Positions 25,316 to 37,700 of a stretch of 64,000 bases of DNA are shown piece by piece (positions within the stretch are counted from its first letter, which is position 1; each line of letters opens with the position of its first letter). A program made the position numbers and the translations under genes. The notes below the pieces were generated by a model. That model was given only the letters and a program-made list of their open reading frames with translations. It ran no database searches and was not told the origin of the DNA. Source of the stretch: Amoebophrya sp. A120 (Eukaryota; Protista; Dinoflagellata); contig CAJINV010000004.1 of NCBI GenBank assembly GCA_905178155.1, forward strand, positions 1,240,881 to 1,304,880, given 5' to 3'.

Positions 25316-28300
25316 CTATCGTGGTTGTACCTGAAAATTCCTAATATCTAAACCGTTCCACAAATACCTGATCCCAGCCAACTCTCCATCCGCAAACGTG
25401 ACCAGCCCCTGTCCGGCGGAAATGCAGCCTCCGCCACCCGACCCGAGTTCGATTTCCAGCGTTTTCTTGGATGCCACTGCACTCGACGTTCGTGGTCCAG
25501 CGGGTTTCGTTCTTCCCGCTTGTTTATTCCCCAGTCCACCGGTTACTATTTTTGCGCTTGTAGTTCCGTGCGAAAACTTCTCCGAAACCGGGCAGATTGG
25601 TCGCTTCCCGGCCGTCGCCAGCGTCGTGTAGCTGCTCGTGGGCCGGCGCGCCGCGAGCTGCTGCTGATTGTAGGTGGAGGAGAGGTTGAGCTTCTTCTTG
25701 TTGTACTGTAGAACCGAGTGGTGCACCGCGGAACTGTGAAGATAGTTCGCGAGATCGAGGGATGTTGTTCCCGGTTTGCTGTTAACGTTCTGTTGTTGTA
25801 CCACAACAGCCCCGGAAGAAGAGGAAGAAGATCCTGCTGTTCGACTCGACGGCGCAAAAGCAAACTTCGCGGAGGTACTGCTGCTGCTGGTAGTTGGTTG
25901 TCCTCTAGCTGGTTTTGACGGCGAGACAGCACTTGATGAAGTCACTTCCACACCACGTCCTGCTCCATCTTTCGAGAAATACCTTCCCGGGGCGAACTTC
26001 AAGTCCGCGACCAGAGACAGACTGGGCAGCCGCTGCCCCGTGTGCGTTTCGAAGGCGATTTTCTGCCCGTCGTACCCGCCGGAAAGCAGGAAATTTCCGC
26101 AGTCGCTAAACGCCAGCGACGTGACCGCGGTAGCGTGGCCGCGGAGCTGCTGGACCGCGGTGCCGCTTGCGTGGGTGGCTCGCTTCAGCCCCGACTGCGC
26201 GATGGACAGGCTCGGATTGTTGGCGAGAATGCACCGCGGGTTTTCCGTCCAGGCCGGGTTTGTCAACGTAAGTAGGAAAATTACGCCGTCCTGCCCCCCG
26301 ACCGCCAGCTTGTAGTTCTTCTGGATCGCGTTGTAGACGGAAAAGGCGCAGCTCGTCATGTTCACGTCCCCCGCCACACCGAGCGACCGGCTGAACACCA
26401 GATCCCGGCTGGGGAGGGAAAAAACGAACACTTTGCTGTTCGCACAACCGGCCGCGACGTAGTGCGGCAACACACTCGTCGGTCTCGTGGGCTTCACGAG
26501 GTTAGAGGCCGCGACGGAATACACGGGAAAGCGGCCCGGGATCTGGATGGGGTCCTGCACTTGCTTCGGGAAGTGGACCCACCCGTCCGTCGAACCCATG
26601 GCGTATTCTCCGGACTTCGCCTCGGCGGGGAGGGGACAGATACCTGTGGAGAGTCGTGTGGTGCTGGTGAAGTTCCTTACGTGCATGGAAACATTTCTTT
26701 GCGGATGCTGGTGCCACATCATGCAAGACACGTCGTCAGCACGCCGAAGCACGGAAGATGATGCGAGCAGCTGCAGTTGCAGATGGTCAATTCTTTAATA
26801 CCTGTGCACTCCTGGCAGGGCTGCGTGGCGACGACTTGCGCCGCCGCATCTCCGTCGTTTAGGAGGAAGAGCTGCCCTTTTGACGCGAAAAGATAGTCGT
26901 ACGTTCTTGCTTTCTGGTATGGAGTAGGTAGAAAAATCCTGATAAAGTTTCGGTGAGTAGTTGTATCTGGCTCTACGACGACTTCCGCTCTCACGTGCTC
27001 GTCGCGCATGACAAAAAATGAAAAACTTTCTGCGCAGAACCAACAAATCATGAGAGTTGTACATCAGATTTTCCCTGTCATACGCTTTTCCGCACGACTT
27101 TTGTCGCGGTCACATACTTCTTGTCGTTGATGGTGCTCTGCAGGTTGGCGGCGTCTATTGATGAGCGTTTGATGTTCATTTTCTACTTGTACTTCCGTCA
27201 ACATGCGAAGTGTCAAATTTAACAGCATGATCTCAAGTAACTGTACTATGAGTCACCGCGTTACAAGTACAACAACAGCGCATGAAAATGATCTGTAAAT
27301 ATCATAGAACTACCTGCTCTGTGAATCAGCGCCCTTCTCTCCATGTTGCGCAACACCTTTTTCTTCGGACTCCGGTCCTTCTCGACTAAGATCTCCGCTT
27401 CGTTGACTTCAAAGGCATTGACTTCAAATTTCCTCCCCGCGACCAACACGCTCGGGTTGGAAACCACACCGCCAAGGGAAATCGTGGCAATGTTCTCACG
27501 CTTCAGCGCCGCCGGTTTTTTCGAGAGCGGCTGGGCAGTGAGAGGCCGGGACGAAGCGGCCGACCTGGCAGTGCCTGTTGATGTTGCGGTTTCATTTACA
27601 TATGAAGGAGTTGATCTTGAGGACAAGAGCAGGACTCCGACTCACCACGTCGGAATAAAACTTTAATTAAAGTTCTGATGTGATGAGGATGCTTTGAGGG
27701 ATCTTCGACGTCGCCGTTGGTTGTACATTTGCAAACTATCGGGAAAAGAAATCAAAGTGCACGTCTAGGTAGAGACGCGTGCTGAAGAATTATACCTGGC
27801 CTACTAGAGCTCGCCGGCCTCGTCCCTGTGGCAATTTTCGTCGTGGCACTGGGCCCCCGAATACTGAGGTGGTTGGTGACCTCCTCGTAAAATGCGGATT
27901 CGTACACCCGGTGCACGTCGTATTGGTCGCCGATCAGCACCTCGCTCTGTTCCGTCGTACCGCTGACTGCGCCGTTGACCAAGGCGCGAATCGGGGCACT
28001 GGGCGCCGCGCGGATGTTGTTCAAGGTGAATACCCGCAAGGCCTGCGCGTCCTCGAAAAAAAAGATTTCGCCTTTTGTGGTGCCGAAAAGGGTGTGCACT
28101 CCGTCGGAAAGAACCACGCAACTTGTGACGGAATCTAGAAGAAAGCATGAGAGAAGAAATTTCTTTGATATAGAATTGAGCAGATCATGTTCAAAATCAT
28201 TCGAACTCTGCATGACAAACAAGGCGACTTCGGATGCAGCGCATATGCGACGCACCAAATCAATCACCAACAATAAAAAACTTACGGTGCTCTATGCTCG

Positions 28301-30080
28301 CGTTGCAGACGTTCAGCTCCTCGCAATTGAAGCTTGCCTTGCTACAGCACAGGTTCAGTTTCGGTTGCCTGCGATCCAACGCGTAGAAGCGCGTGCCACA
28401 CTGGGCGCCCCACGTGATAAACCGGAGCGGCGGCTTCTCACCCGGCGATTTGACCTTTTCATGGTATTCGTTGAAGATAAAACGCCGACTTTCGAAATTT
28501 CTGTATGTAGAACATGCGCAGCCGCGCCGGGCTCAGATACACGAACATGCTCTTCCTGTGGCTGTGGTGCCATGTGCTATGCATAATGCATTTGTCCACT
28601 CTTGCCCTCCTGAAACTGAACCTCTATACCTTATAAAAATATCTCTGCTCCACTGCGTTTGCCGTCGATTCGGAGCGAATGCTCCGGTCGACCACATTAT
28701 TTCCCGGGTTGTTGTTCTGCTTGTACTTGAGCGTGTGGAAATTGATGATCTTCTCGGAACTGTCCACGACAGGCATCGCGGTGATCCCCCGAATCCCGAC
28801 GGCGCCCACGCTCAGCGCACTCTGCATCCCGGACACTTGCCACAGCGGTTTCTCTGTTTCATTTTGAACAAAATCTGTCTCGTCGTATAATTCTTCTAGT
28901 ACTTTTAGCATCCGTATTCTTTTTGTTACCAATGTCGGGATTGAAACATCATTCATCCTTTTTCAAATCGCTCGTTGCACATGAAACCCGCATCAACATT
29001 TCTACAGCTCTGAAAGTACAACAACTCCACACCAAAATAGTAACCCCGCCCTGCAAGAACTTCTACCTTTGATCACCACTCCGCGTCGCAGCCGTGCCAG
29101 GTCCCAGACGCAGAGTGTGTGACTTGCGTTTTTCTCGATGGAAATCAATTTGGAACCGTCGGCTACGAAGGCGACCTGCTCGATATCGGTGAGGTGGTAG
29201 AGGAAGGGACCGTAGCCCTTCTCGCGGCCAAAATCCTTGAAGACGACGAGTTCCGTAAACTCCTGATCTGCTTGTTTCACCCCGCCTGCGGCAATCAACG
29301 GCGTGGCAGAGGAGAGGGGAGCCTTTGGTTTTTTTCATCTCTTGTTCCTATATGTAAAGATCATCGCAATTTTTTGGTTCACAGGATAAAACTTCGTGTC
29401 ATGCTGCTCAGACATCAACACCGTCTACATGCGAGCCGCTCTTCTTCCTCACGAGAAGTTAGTTGATTCCTGTTCCTCGAAGTTCAACTAAAGTTCTATA
29501 CCGAGGTGTCCAAAAAGCTGGCTGAAGGCGAGAACCCCAGTGCGGCGACCGGCGACTGCAGATGCAGAAAGGCCTGGGATATGGGAGTGTCAGAATCGAA
29601 ATTGACAAAATCGAAAAATTTGCGATGCACAAAATCGATGTCAGTTGGAGCCTCAGTTTTCAAGTGGCGCATGACAAATTTCGGGAGCATCAAAATCCAG
29701 TCTGTCATGCTTTTTGGGGAAAGAAGGCTGCTCCTGTCATGCTACTGTGGCAGCACATTGCATACCCCTAAACAGGCTTACAATCGGCCTCATATGCCTG
29801 CTCCCCAATACAGGCCTTCAGTGCTCATGCTCTACATTTTAAGTATGCATGACAAGTTTTTCGATTTTGACGACTTCGATCCTGACACATCCATATGGGA
29901 GTCGTCTTCGATGTTGTGCACGACGACAACACTGGACGCCGCGTAAATGAGACTCTCCTCGAAGGGAAACACGCCAATGTCCGCGTTCCAGCCGGTGACT
30001 CGTTGCAGTGCCGGCGCAATGGCGCTAGTTTCCGTGGCCGCGGGCGCAGGAGACATTTCGATGTCCTGTTCCGCCGACAT
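25316..30080 (-). CDS. WD40-repeat protein, EML/CFAP52-like (multi-exon; internal boundaries approximate)
   Basis: LIYAASSVVVVHN, VAFVADGSKLISI...HTLCVWD, LRGHATAVTSLAFSDCGNFLLSGGYDG; one introner at 29580-29895. Confidence 0.7.
29580..29895. mobile_element. TIR introner family G (316 bp)
   Basis: TATGGGAGTGTCAGAATCGAAATTGACAAAATCGAAAAA / TTTTTCGATTTTGACGACTTCGATCCTGACACATCCATA (~40-bp TIR); repeat TGGGA; restores DDSQAFLHLQSPV. Confidence 0.88.
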
Positions 30081-31064
30081 CGTGGATGTATTGAAGTATT
30101 ACTTAGCCTATCCCTGTGTGCTTGTACTCTTGAAGACTTTCAAGGTTGTTGTTAGTTCCGTAAGAACACTAGTAGTTGTAACAGCTTAGTCAAAAAAAGA
30201 AAAACCTGCTGTCCAAGCACTAGAACCCGTACAACTACTGCACCAGACACGCCCAAACGACGCCACATTCTAGCTTTTTTGCAGCTGTTTCCCTCCACGC
30301 TTCTTTTTGCCATTTTGAGTAGAGAACGTTCCTCTCCTTTGTTTGAACTACGTGCGTCCATGACGATACTCTCCAGAAAGTGAAAAAACTCTCTTATATC
30401 GAATTTCCCGCTTCAACTTTCGCGATCAACAGCTACGGAAAAGCAAAAGGACCAAAGACGAAAATTTGAAAGAAAAACCGCCAATATGATGCAGTGCACG
30501 ATTTACCAGGTCGTGGTACCAAGCACGGTTAAAGTAGTGTATTAACCGCACGGCAAGAATAGGTTTGTCCTCGCGAACACCAAAATACAGATCTTGCCTG
30601 ATGTGCTTCTGAAATTTCTCCGTTTCCGACTTTTTTACTTCCTTATGACAGTCGTAGCATCCGATAAAGCGCATGAGGAGTCGCTACCGTGGTCACAACG
30701 CGCAGGGGATAGCTCGCCTGTGAAAGTCAACAGCTTCATCTACGCACTGTTTCATGAGGTTTGAAAAAATCGTCATGCTGTGTCGCTGAAAGAGAGGAAG
30801 CAATACTAGACAAGCCGCCGAACAAGCAGGGTCGTGTCGTACACGCCGCTGTGGAGGTCCTTCGCGGCATTTTTACCTGTCGTATGATATTTGTGACGTA
30901 GGTAGACACGATGCTTGCACCACTCACTGCTAAGCGTAGCAAGGCACGAGTAAGTTGTTTGCCCTGCATCAAACGTCGCAACGTTGACTTGTTTGACTTG
31001 ATGCAGTATACTGTAGACTACCGCAATAAAAATAAATCAACAGCACTTCTTTATTCAGCTATAC

Positions 31065-34060
31065 TCACTTTTTCTTCGTCATTTTCGCCTTTGCGTCTTG
31101 AATCATGCGTTCCTTTTGTATATGGATTGTAAAACTGTCTGGGTCTGGAAGGATGTGAACTTGTGATGCGCATTTCAGAACACAGACAAATCTCTCATGC
31201 ATAGGCAGCAAAAGATGTCCATTTCCTGTCACCAAAGTGGGGGATTTGTCATACGGAACAAGCAATGCGGAAGCTTCTCGAAATCTGTGATGCTAGGGCT
31301 TCCAGGAAAGATACCCTGTGTCCTGCAAAAACAGCATGACTCTTCCAGACCCACACATTTTTGCATTTGATATTGTATCAGATGCCCGGTTTCTTTCACC
31401 AAATCCAGAACCCGGTCGATGCACCCGGCCCAGTTGTTCAGTTTGTCCTCCGGCTTGGGCTCGTCCCCAAACCGCACCAGGCCGGCGGGTCGGTCGATCC
31501 GCGCGTGGATCATCTTGTCGATGACAAGTTCGGAAAGTTCGGTCTCCAGCTCGTTTTGGGTTAGGTGGAGCAGCTGCATCAGCCGCTTGGTTTCTATCCT
31601 GGTGTAGTAGAGGGACACGATCCGCAAGTTGTGCTGGATCACCCGCTTGCGCATCACGCTCCACCTCAGTTCGCCGAAGCTGGAGTCTGTGTTTTAGGAT
31701 TTTGCAGCAAGATTTTTGAATATGTTGCGCATCAGACAAACTGCCACTCGTCAGGTAGTTCAAATGGAAATCAAGACTATAACGACCGCGTTCTTTCCGG
31801 TCATGCTGCACAGGAAACTTGTTCGTTGTGGTCTCACTGTTGCAAAGAACGCGGGCGGCTCCCATTCAAAAAAATCCGATGGGTCTGCTAGTAACTAACA
31901 TCAATCGTATACTCAATAGTAAAAAAATACCGGTAAAGAGCGGGTGCTGCTTCAGTAAACTTTCAAATTTGAGTGGCCATGCGATCAACTTCGAAGTTCG
32001 GAACTGCTGCATCAAGTCCCTCAGTTTCTCGACCGCCTCCAACTTCTTTCTTGGTACTTCTTTCTCCAACAACGTTGTCATCAGCTCCGTCTGCTCGTCG
32101 GATTTTTTTGCCAACAGCACTAGTAACAGCAAGTGGGACAGGATCGGCTCCCATTTCGGTTGCTCCCCGTCTGCTATAATTTTTGTGGAGAGCGACTTCT
32201 GGTAGCACTTCGCGGCCTCGAGGTACTGCTCTTCGTGGAGGTAGTACTTGACCATGTTACTGTTAAACTCGAGTTTTATCTCTTGGAAATCGTCCGCCTC
32301 CAGAAACTTTTCGTTGATTTTCCTGGACGCAATCTGCACCCGGATGTAGTCCTTGCGAAGGAGCATCAGCCGCATTTGGTTCAAGATGTATTTTGCTTTC
32401 TCCATCTTGTCCATACTGCCGAAGGTCTCGACCTGATACAGTTTTTTTGCGAAGCTGTTTGCACGATATGCCAATTTTATTTTTTTTGCGAAGATTACTG
32501 ACAAAATGCTGCCGAATTGTACGTAATTCTATTTCCTTCTCCGCATGGTACAAATACAATCACAGTCATCACGTAGCTAATATTACTCTCTCTCTACCTA
32601 ATATCACCGATATTTCTTACCTGCACTTCCTGCAACAACTGCGCGGCTTCGTCCAATTTCCCCTCGGCTTCCCTGTCGTCCGCCAATATCCGGATTAACC
32701 TCGCCCGCTCCACTTCAACAAAGATTTTTCCCTCGGTGATACTGTCCAACACTTTCATCAACTCCTCCTTTTTCGGTTTGTTTTTTTCCTTCCCATATTC
32801 CTCTACCCACTTCATCCCCAGGTGCGTGAGGTCCACGATGCACCGCCGCAGCTGCCCGCGTTTTTTGCACAGAATCCCGAAGTATCAAATGCAAAAATGT
32901 CTGGGTCTGGAAAACTTGTGATGCTAAAATGTGAGTGGTGGGCGCACTGCAATACGCAGCCAAGCATGACAAATTTTTGAGCTGCTCTTGTGTTTCGTTT
33001 TCCGCATGGCAAACTGCGTTCTGCATGACAGACAAGAGGCCCTTTTCGTGCCTATGCAACACAGATTCTCGAGTCATACCAGACAAGCATGACAAACTTG
33101 CATTCTTCCAGACCCAGACATTTTTGCATTTGATACGAAGTAGTCCAGCATCTTGCCCCAGTCCTTCGCGTCGTCTTTGTACATGTATTACAATGAAAAA
33201 TGGCCCCACCCCAGAATTTGCAGAAGTTTGTCATGCAAAGTTTCCCAATGAAAGCTTTTTGTATTGCATGAAAGGACTGCGAGCCTTTCTGATGCAGAAT
33301 CTAGGTGCGCAAGGTGCCTTGTGCATAACAGATCCGGCTGCTGTTGGGCTCCTCCGCAACACAAATTTGAGCTGTTCAGCATGGAAAATTTGTGATGCTG
33401 AGATATGCAAGACGGGGAATGTTTCTATTGGAAAGGTTTGCAATACAAATGCTGCCAAGTGCAGGGGTGGGGGCATTTTTCCTTGTAATAACATGAGGAT
33501 CACCTTCTGGCAGAGCTTGCTGCAGTTGAGCGCGTCGCAGGCCTGGCGGCATTTTTTCTCCAGGAGCAAAATCTCCTCCACCGCGTCGTCGTACCGCTTC
33601 GCCTGGATCTGCTATCAAAAGGAAAAATCCCACCTCCCCATACCAAAACGAACTTTCTGATGCTGGATTTGGATACACAAATCGAGTTTGTGTTGCAGTA
33701 GAGGAATGCACGCAGATCCTGAGCCTCGGCGGGGGCCTTTTGGGGTAGGCGCCTAGCATGGTAGACGGCTACCCTGTAGGCCTTACAGCATTACAAAGCG
33801 CCAGCATAACGCGGCGGACAGCCTGAGTGTGCCTTCTTGCAAGACAGACCCGATTTGTGGTCACAAATCAGCAACACAAATTTTCGGATACATATCTTTT
33901 CGATATGGGAAGGGGGGATTTTTCCTTTTGATATCAGCTGGGGAATCTTCTTTTCCAGCAGCTCCTTCACTTCGGTTGTGTAGTCCTCCGTGGCCTTCGC
34001 ATCCTGCGTCAGGCTGTCCAAGCCCATGTGCAGGATCTGCGAAGTGTTCTCGTCCGTCAT
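31065..34060 (-). CDS. PSMD12: 26S proteasome regulatory subunit RPN5/PSMD12
   Basis: LLLEKKCRQ, KKRGQL, ITEGKIFVEVERARL, QVETFGSM, RVIQHNLRIVSLYYTRI, ARIDRPAG. Introners at 33613, 33186, 32883 and 31121; GT-AG introns 32433-32620 and 31687-31930. Confidence 0.96.
31121..31372. mobile_element. TIR introner family A (252 bp)
   Basis: Repeat TTGTA; restores GHLIQKERM; interior similar to 17603-17854. Confidence 0.93.
32883..33135. mobile_element. TIR introner family A (253 bp)
   Basis: Repeat CGAAG; restores LDYFGILCKKRGQL. Confidence 0.93.
33186..33490. mobile_element. TIR introner family C (305 bp)
   Basis: Repeat ACATG; restores VILMYKDDAKDW. Confidence 0.92.
33613..33933. mobile_element. 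TIR introner family E (321 bp)
   Basis: TATCAAAAGGAAAAATCCC TIR; repeat TCTGC/TCAGC; restores IPQ(L/Q)IQAKRYDDAVEE. Confidence 0.9.
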
Positions 34061-34767
34061 TCTTGTGATGTGGTGCTGTAGTCAGGAACGTAGTCTGGTA
34101 CAATTCTATCTATTGAAACGGCACAATTATCCAAACACAAAACCACTTCGGCTAATGGTCCAGAGGGATGATGAACAACGTCGAATGACTTTTATGAGGG
34201 TCTATCTATCGGTACCATGAAAGAGGTCGCTAGAGCAGAAAGTATAGAAAAATTTTCGTTGTTGATACAGGGCTACAACTACTTCTACTTCAAGAGTCAA
34301 AAAGAACTAAGGCGTCGGTTGTTGTGATGTCGTCGCTGATATTGAGGTGACATCCGAGTCTAGCACTAAAATAAGCTTTTGGTCGTGGTGAACTTGAACT
34401 AGTGCAGTCTTACGGAGGAAAGAAATTTTATGATCTGTTCCGGAAAAGACCGTCTGACCTTGTTACAACGGGATAAATCTGTAAAAAGCATACTGCGCTT
34501 GCAGTCTTCATTCGTCGTTGTCGCGGATACAAGTTACGTGAAGTTGAACATCGTAATACACCAGTGCATGCACAGCACAGCAGTGATGGTATGCCTATGT
34601 GCACTTTGCACCACTCAAAATCGTGGTTGCGATTGGTGCTGCGTACACCCAACAAAGGAGTCATTGGTGGTCTTCAAAGTGATAGCGCAAGTCAAAATCA
34701 AATTCAAAACGAACATGCATGTGAGTGGCACGCAAAAATTCTTGTCCGGTCGCCTCGTCGATCATTT

Positions 34768-37700
34768 TCAGTACTCATCATCATCCGGCGACCTCCCACC
34801 GGTATACCCGCTCGTCATCCAGCTTGATCTCTGCTCGTCTTCCCCGCTTTCCCCCAGGTAAGATCCAAACTCTATTCTGCGGAAAGACGTCCCCACACCA
34901 GAGTCAAGATGGGCAATCTGCTAGACAAATCAGCCAGCTTTGGTTGTTTCGCATGACAAGTTTGTCGTCGTGGTGTAGTCCTGTTTAGGTAGTTCAGCAG
35001 CATTACAGGTCTAGCATATCATGCTGATCACAGCATCACAAATTCCAAAACACGAATGGAAAATGCCTCTCAAGGCACTCCGCATGAGAAACTTTTTTGG
35101 CATGCAGATTTGCATGGGGACGTTCTTACTCAGAATAAACTCCGGCATCGGGGCGGAATCGCCGTTCCCGCCCAGAAATTCTTCAAATAACGCGTATCAC
35201 AGGAAAAAAGTGTTACAGTTACACGACATTTGTTGGAGTTTCTGCATCACAAAGTTGCTCGACATGGCAACGAAAACCTGTGATGCGCAGACTATAAGGG
35301 AAAACACGAATCAAATGAGGCTGGCATGCATTTCCTGCATGACAGAGGTTGTCTGTCTTGCTTGTCTTCCATCAGTAGAGTGTGTAACTGTAACAGTTTT
35401 TTCTCGGGATAGCGCGGCGTCAGATTTTACTGGAACTTGGTGTTTCTCAGCGAGAACGTCAATGTCCACATCGGCGATCTGAGACGATAGAAAAATGAAC
35501 ATAATAGAGACATATGATAGCGTGATGAAGAGCGCGCAAGACAAACGGCACTGCAAGTGCGAATTTCGCATGACAAAATCAAAAACTAGTATCTATACAT
35601 CCACTTCCACTTCTGTGCCGAACGTCGCTGCCCCCGCCGGATCGTTGCCACTGTACAGGTGTGAAAAGGTTGAATTGTCGCTGACGGGCCGTGCAATTTC
35701 CCCGTGATGCTCCGCGACATAATACGAAGTGACGGAATGTGTCGAAAAAGCGGAGGACCCCGCACTCGTAGACGATCCGGTAGAACTCACCGACCCGGTA
35801 GAGTGTGCGCCCTTGCTGTGTGAGGACTGATGCGGCTGTTCTTGCGATGAGGCCGCTGTGCCGCTGACAGCGCTCGTTTTCATGGGCGAAAACGTTGGGA
35901 ATAGGCTGGGTTTGTTCATCTGCGATTGATCCGTTGTAACTCCATAGTGGCTATCTTGTGCAAGAACGTGCGGTGCCACTGATGCTCCTCTCGGGGGCTC
36001 GTCTGAAGACGTAATAATTCCAGGACCGCTGGATAAGTTGTAACTGGAGTTGCCTATTGATGTTCCTTCAGTGGAGGTCCTCTCATGATTCGAGACCCGC
36101 CCCATCTCCAAATCAGAGAGCTGGTCCGGATTCATCCCCACAGCTTGCTTCTCGCTCCTATTCGCATTGGAACTTATTTCCTCCGGATCCACCGTTGGAA
36201 CGGGTTGGAATCTTGTTGTTCCACCGCGCTGTGGTGGTCCTGGTCCTATTTGTATTTGCTGTCCACCAGCACCACTCGCTAGCAAAGTCGCGTTGTGCCT
36301 TCCACTATACAAATAGCTGCTGCAGAAGAAGATCACAAGAGCGAGACAGAAGGAGATGTTCACATCCTTATGAAATGCAAAAATGTCTGGGTCTGGAAGA
36401 GTGCAGAAGTTTGTCATGCACGTTTTGTATGGGCCATGGTGTCTGTGATGCATGCCCTAGCATCACAGACTTCGTGATGCCTATTCCGCATGACAAATGC
36501 CCTCTCCGCGACGTAGCCAAAATTGCATTCCCTTTGCTGCTTATGCAATACAGGTTTTTTTGGAATCCAGATGCAGCATCACAAGTTCGGATTCTTCCAG
36601 ACCCAGACATTTTTGCAGTTGATAATCCTCACCGGCGAACAACAAGTAGTTGAAAAACGTGACCGCCAGCACTTGCACGCAGCTTGCATATCAAGTGCAA
36701 AAGTGTAGTCTGGATCTGGAAACTTGTGATGCTGGGTGGCGTATCATGAGGAGGCCGCAAGTGCTGCCTCAGCATGAGAAGTTTCTGAGCCTCTAGGTGT
36801 TGCCTATTCTGCATGACAAACTGCGTCTCTGCATGACAGAAAAATGGTGCGCTTGGGCAACGCGCATGACAGATTTGAGAGTCATGCCAGACAAGCATGA
36901 CAAACATGCATTCTTCCAGACCCAGACACTTTTACATTTGATAGTGCAAACCCTTTCACAATGTTGTCGAAGTAGGAAAGTAGGAAGCTCGCGCCCAACC
37001 CCTCGGCGGCCTTCACGAGGATGAGGAGTATCACTGGTAAATTGAAGCCGTGGAAGAAGGTTTGGTTGCTGTTTAGCGAAACGAAGCACGCGGTCCCGTT
37101 GAGCAAACAGCCCCACTGGTACATCCAGAGGTTCTTCTTCATAAAACTTTCCTCACTGTCCATCCGCTTCAGCAAAAACTCGTTTACCACCCCGCTGGAA
37201 CCGCTCAGAACGCAGGTCGCGATCACGGCCAGAAACCCGAAAAAGAACTTCTGGTGCTGCTGCGAGCTCAATATTTTTGCGTTTTCTGTTGCACTGTCCG
37301 TTGGTGTTGTAGCTGCTGTGCCAACATCCTGCTCTACTACTACGCCTGGTTGTGGTTGTTCTACAATCGCCTTATTCATCTGCTCGTCGTGGTGTACTAG
37401 GAGTTCTCTGTCCTTCCCCACTTTCGCCACGCACAGACTGCACGCAAGCAAAACGAGCGCGACCCACTGGATCTCATTCAGCTTCTTCTGCATTAACACT
37501 CTCGCAGCGACGGCGGCGCAAAGGACCTTCCCGGTCGAGAAAAGCGCGTAGTAGTGGGGACCAAGGCCGTAGGTGGCGTAGAAGGTCAGGTTGTTCAGAA
37601 TTGCATACCTGAGTTGTATAGGTTGTTCGGCAATAAAAAGTAAAAGGTTTTTGGCATGCATAATTAGAACAAGTAGAGTACCGTTCGAGGGATAGCACCA

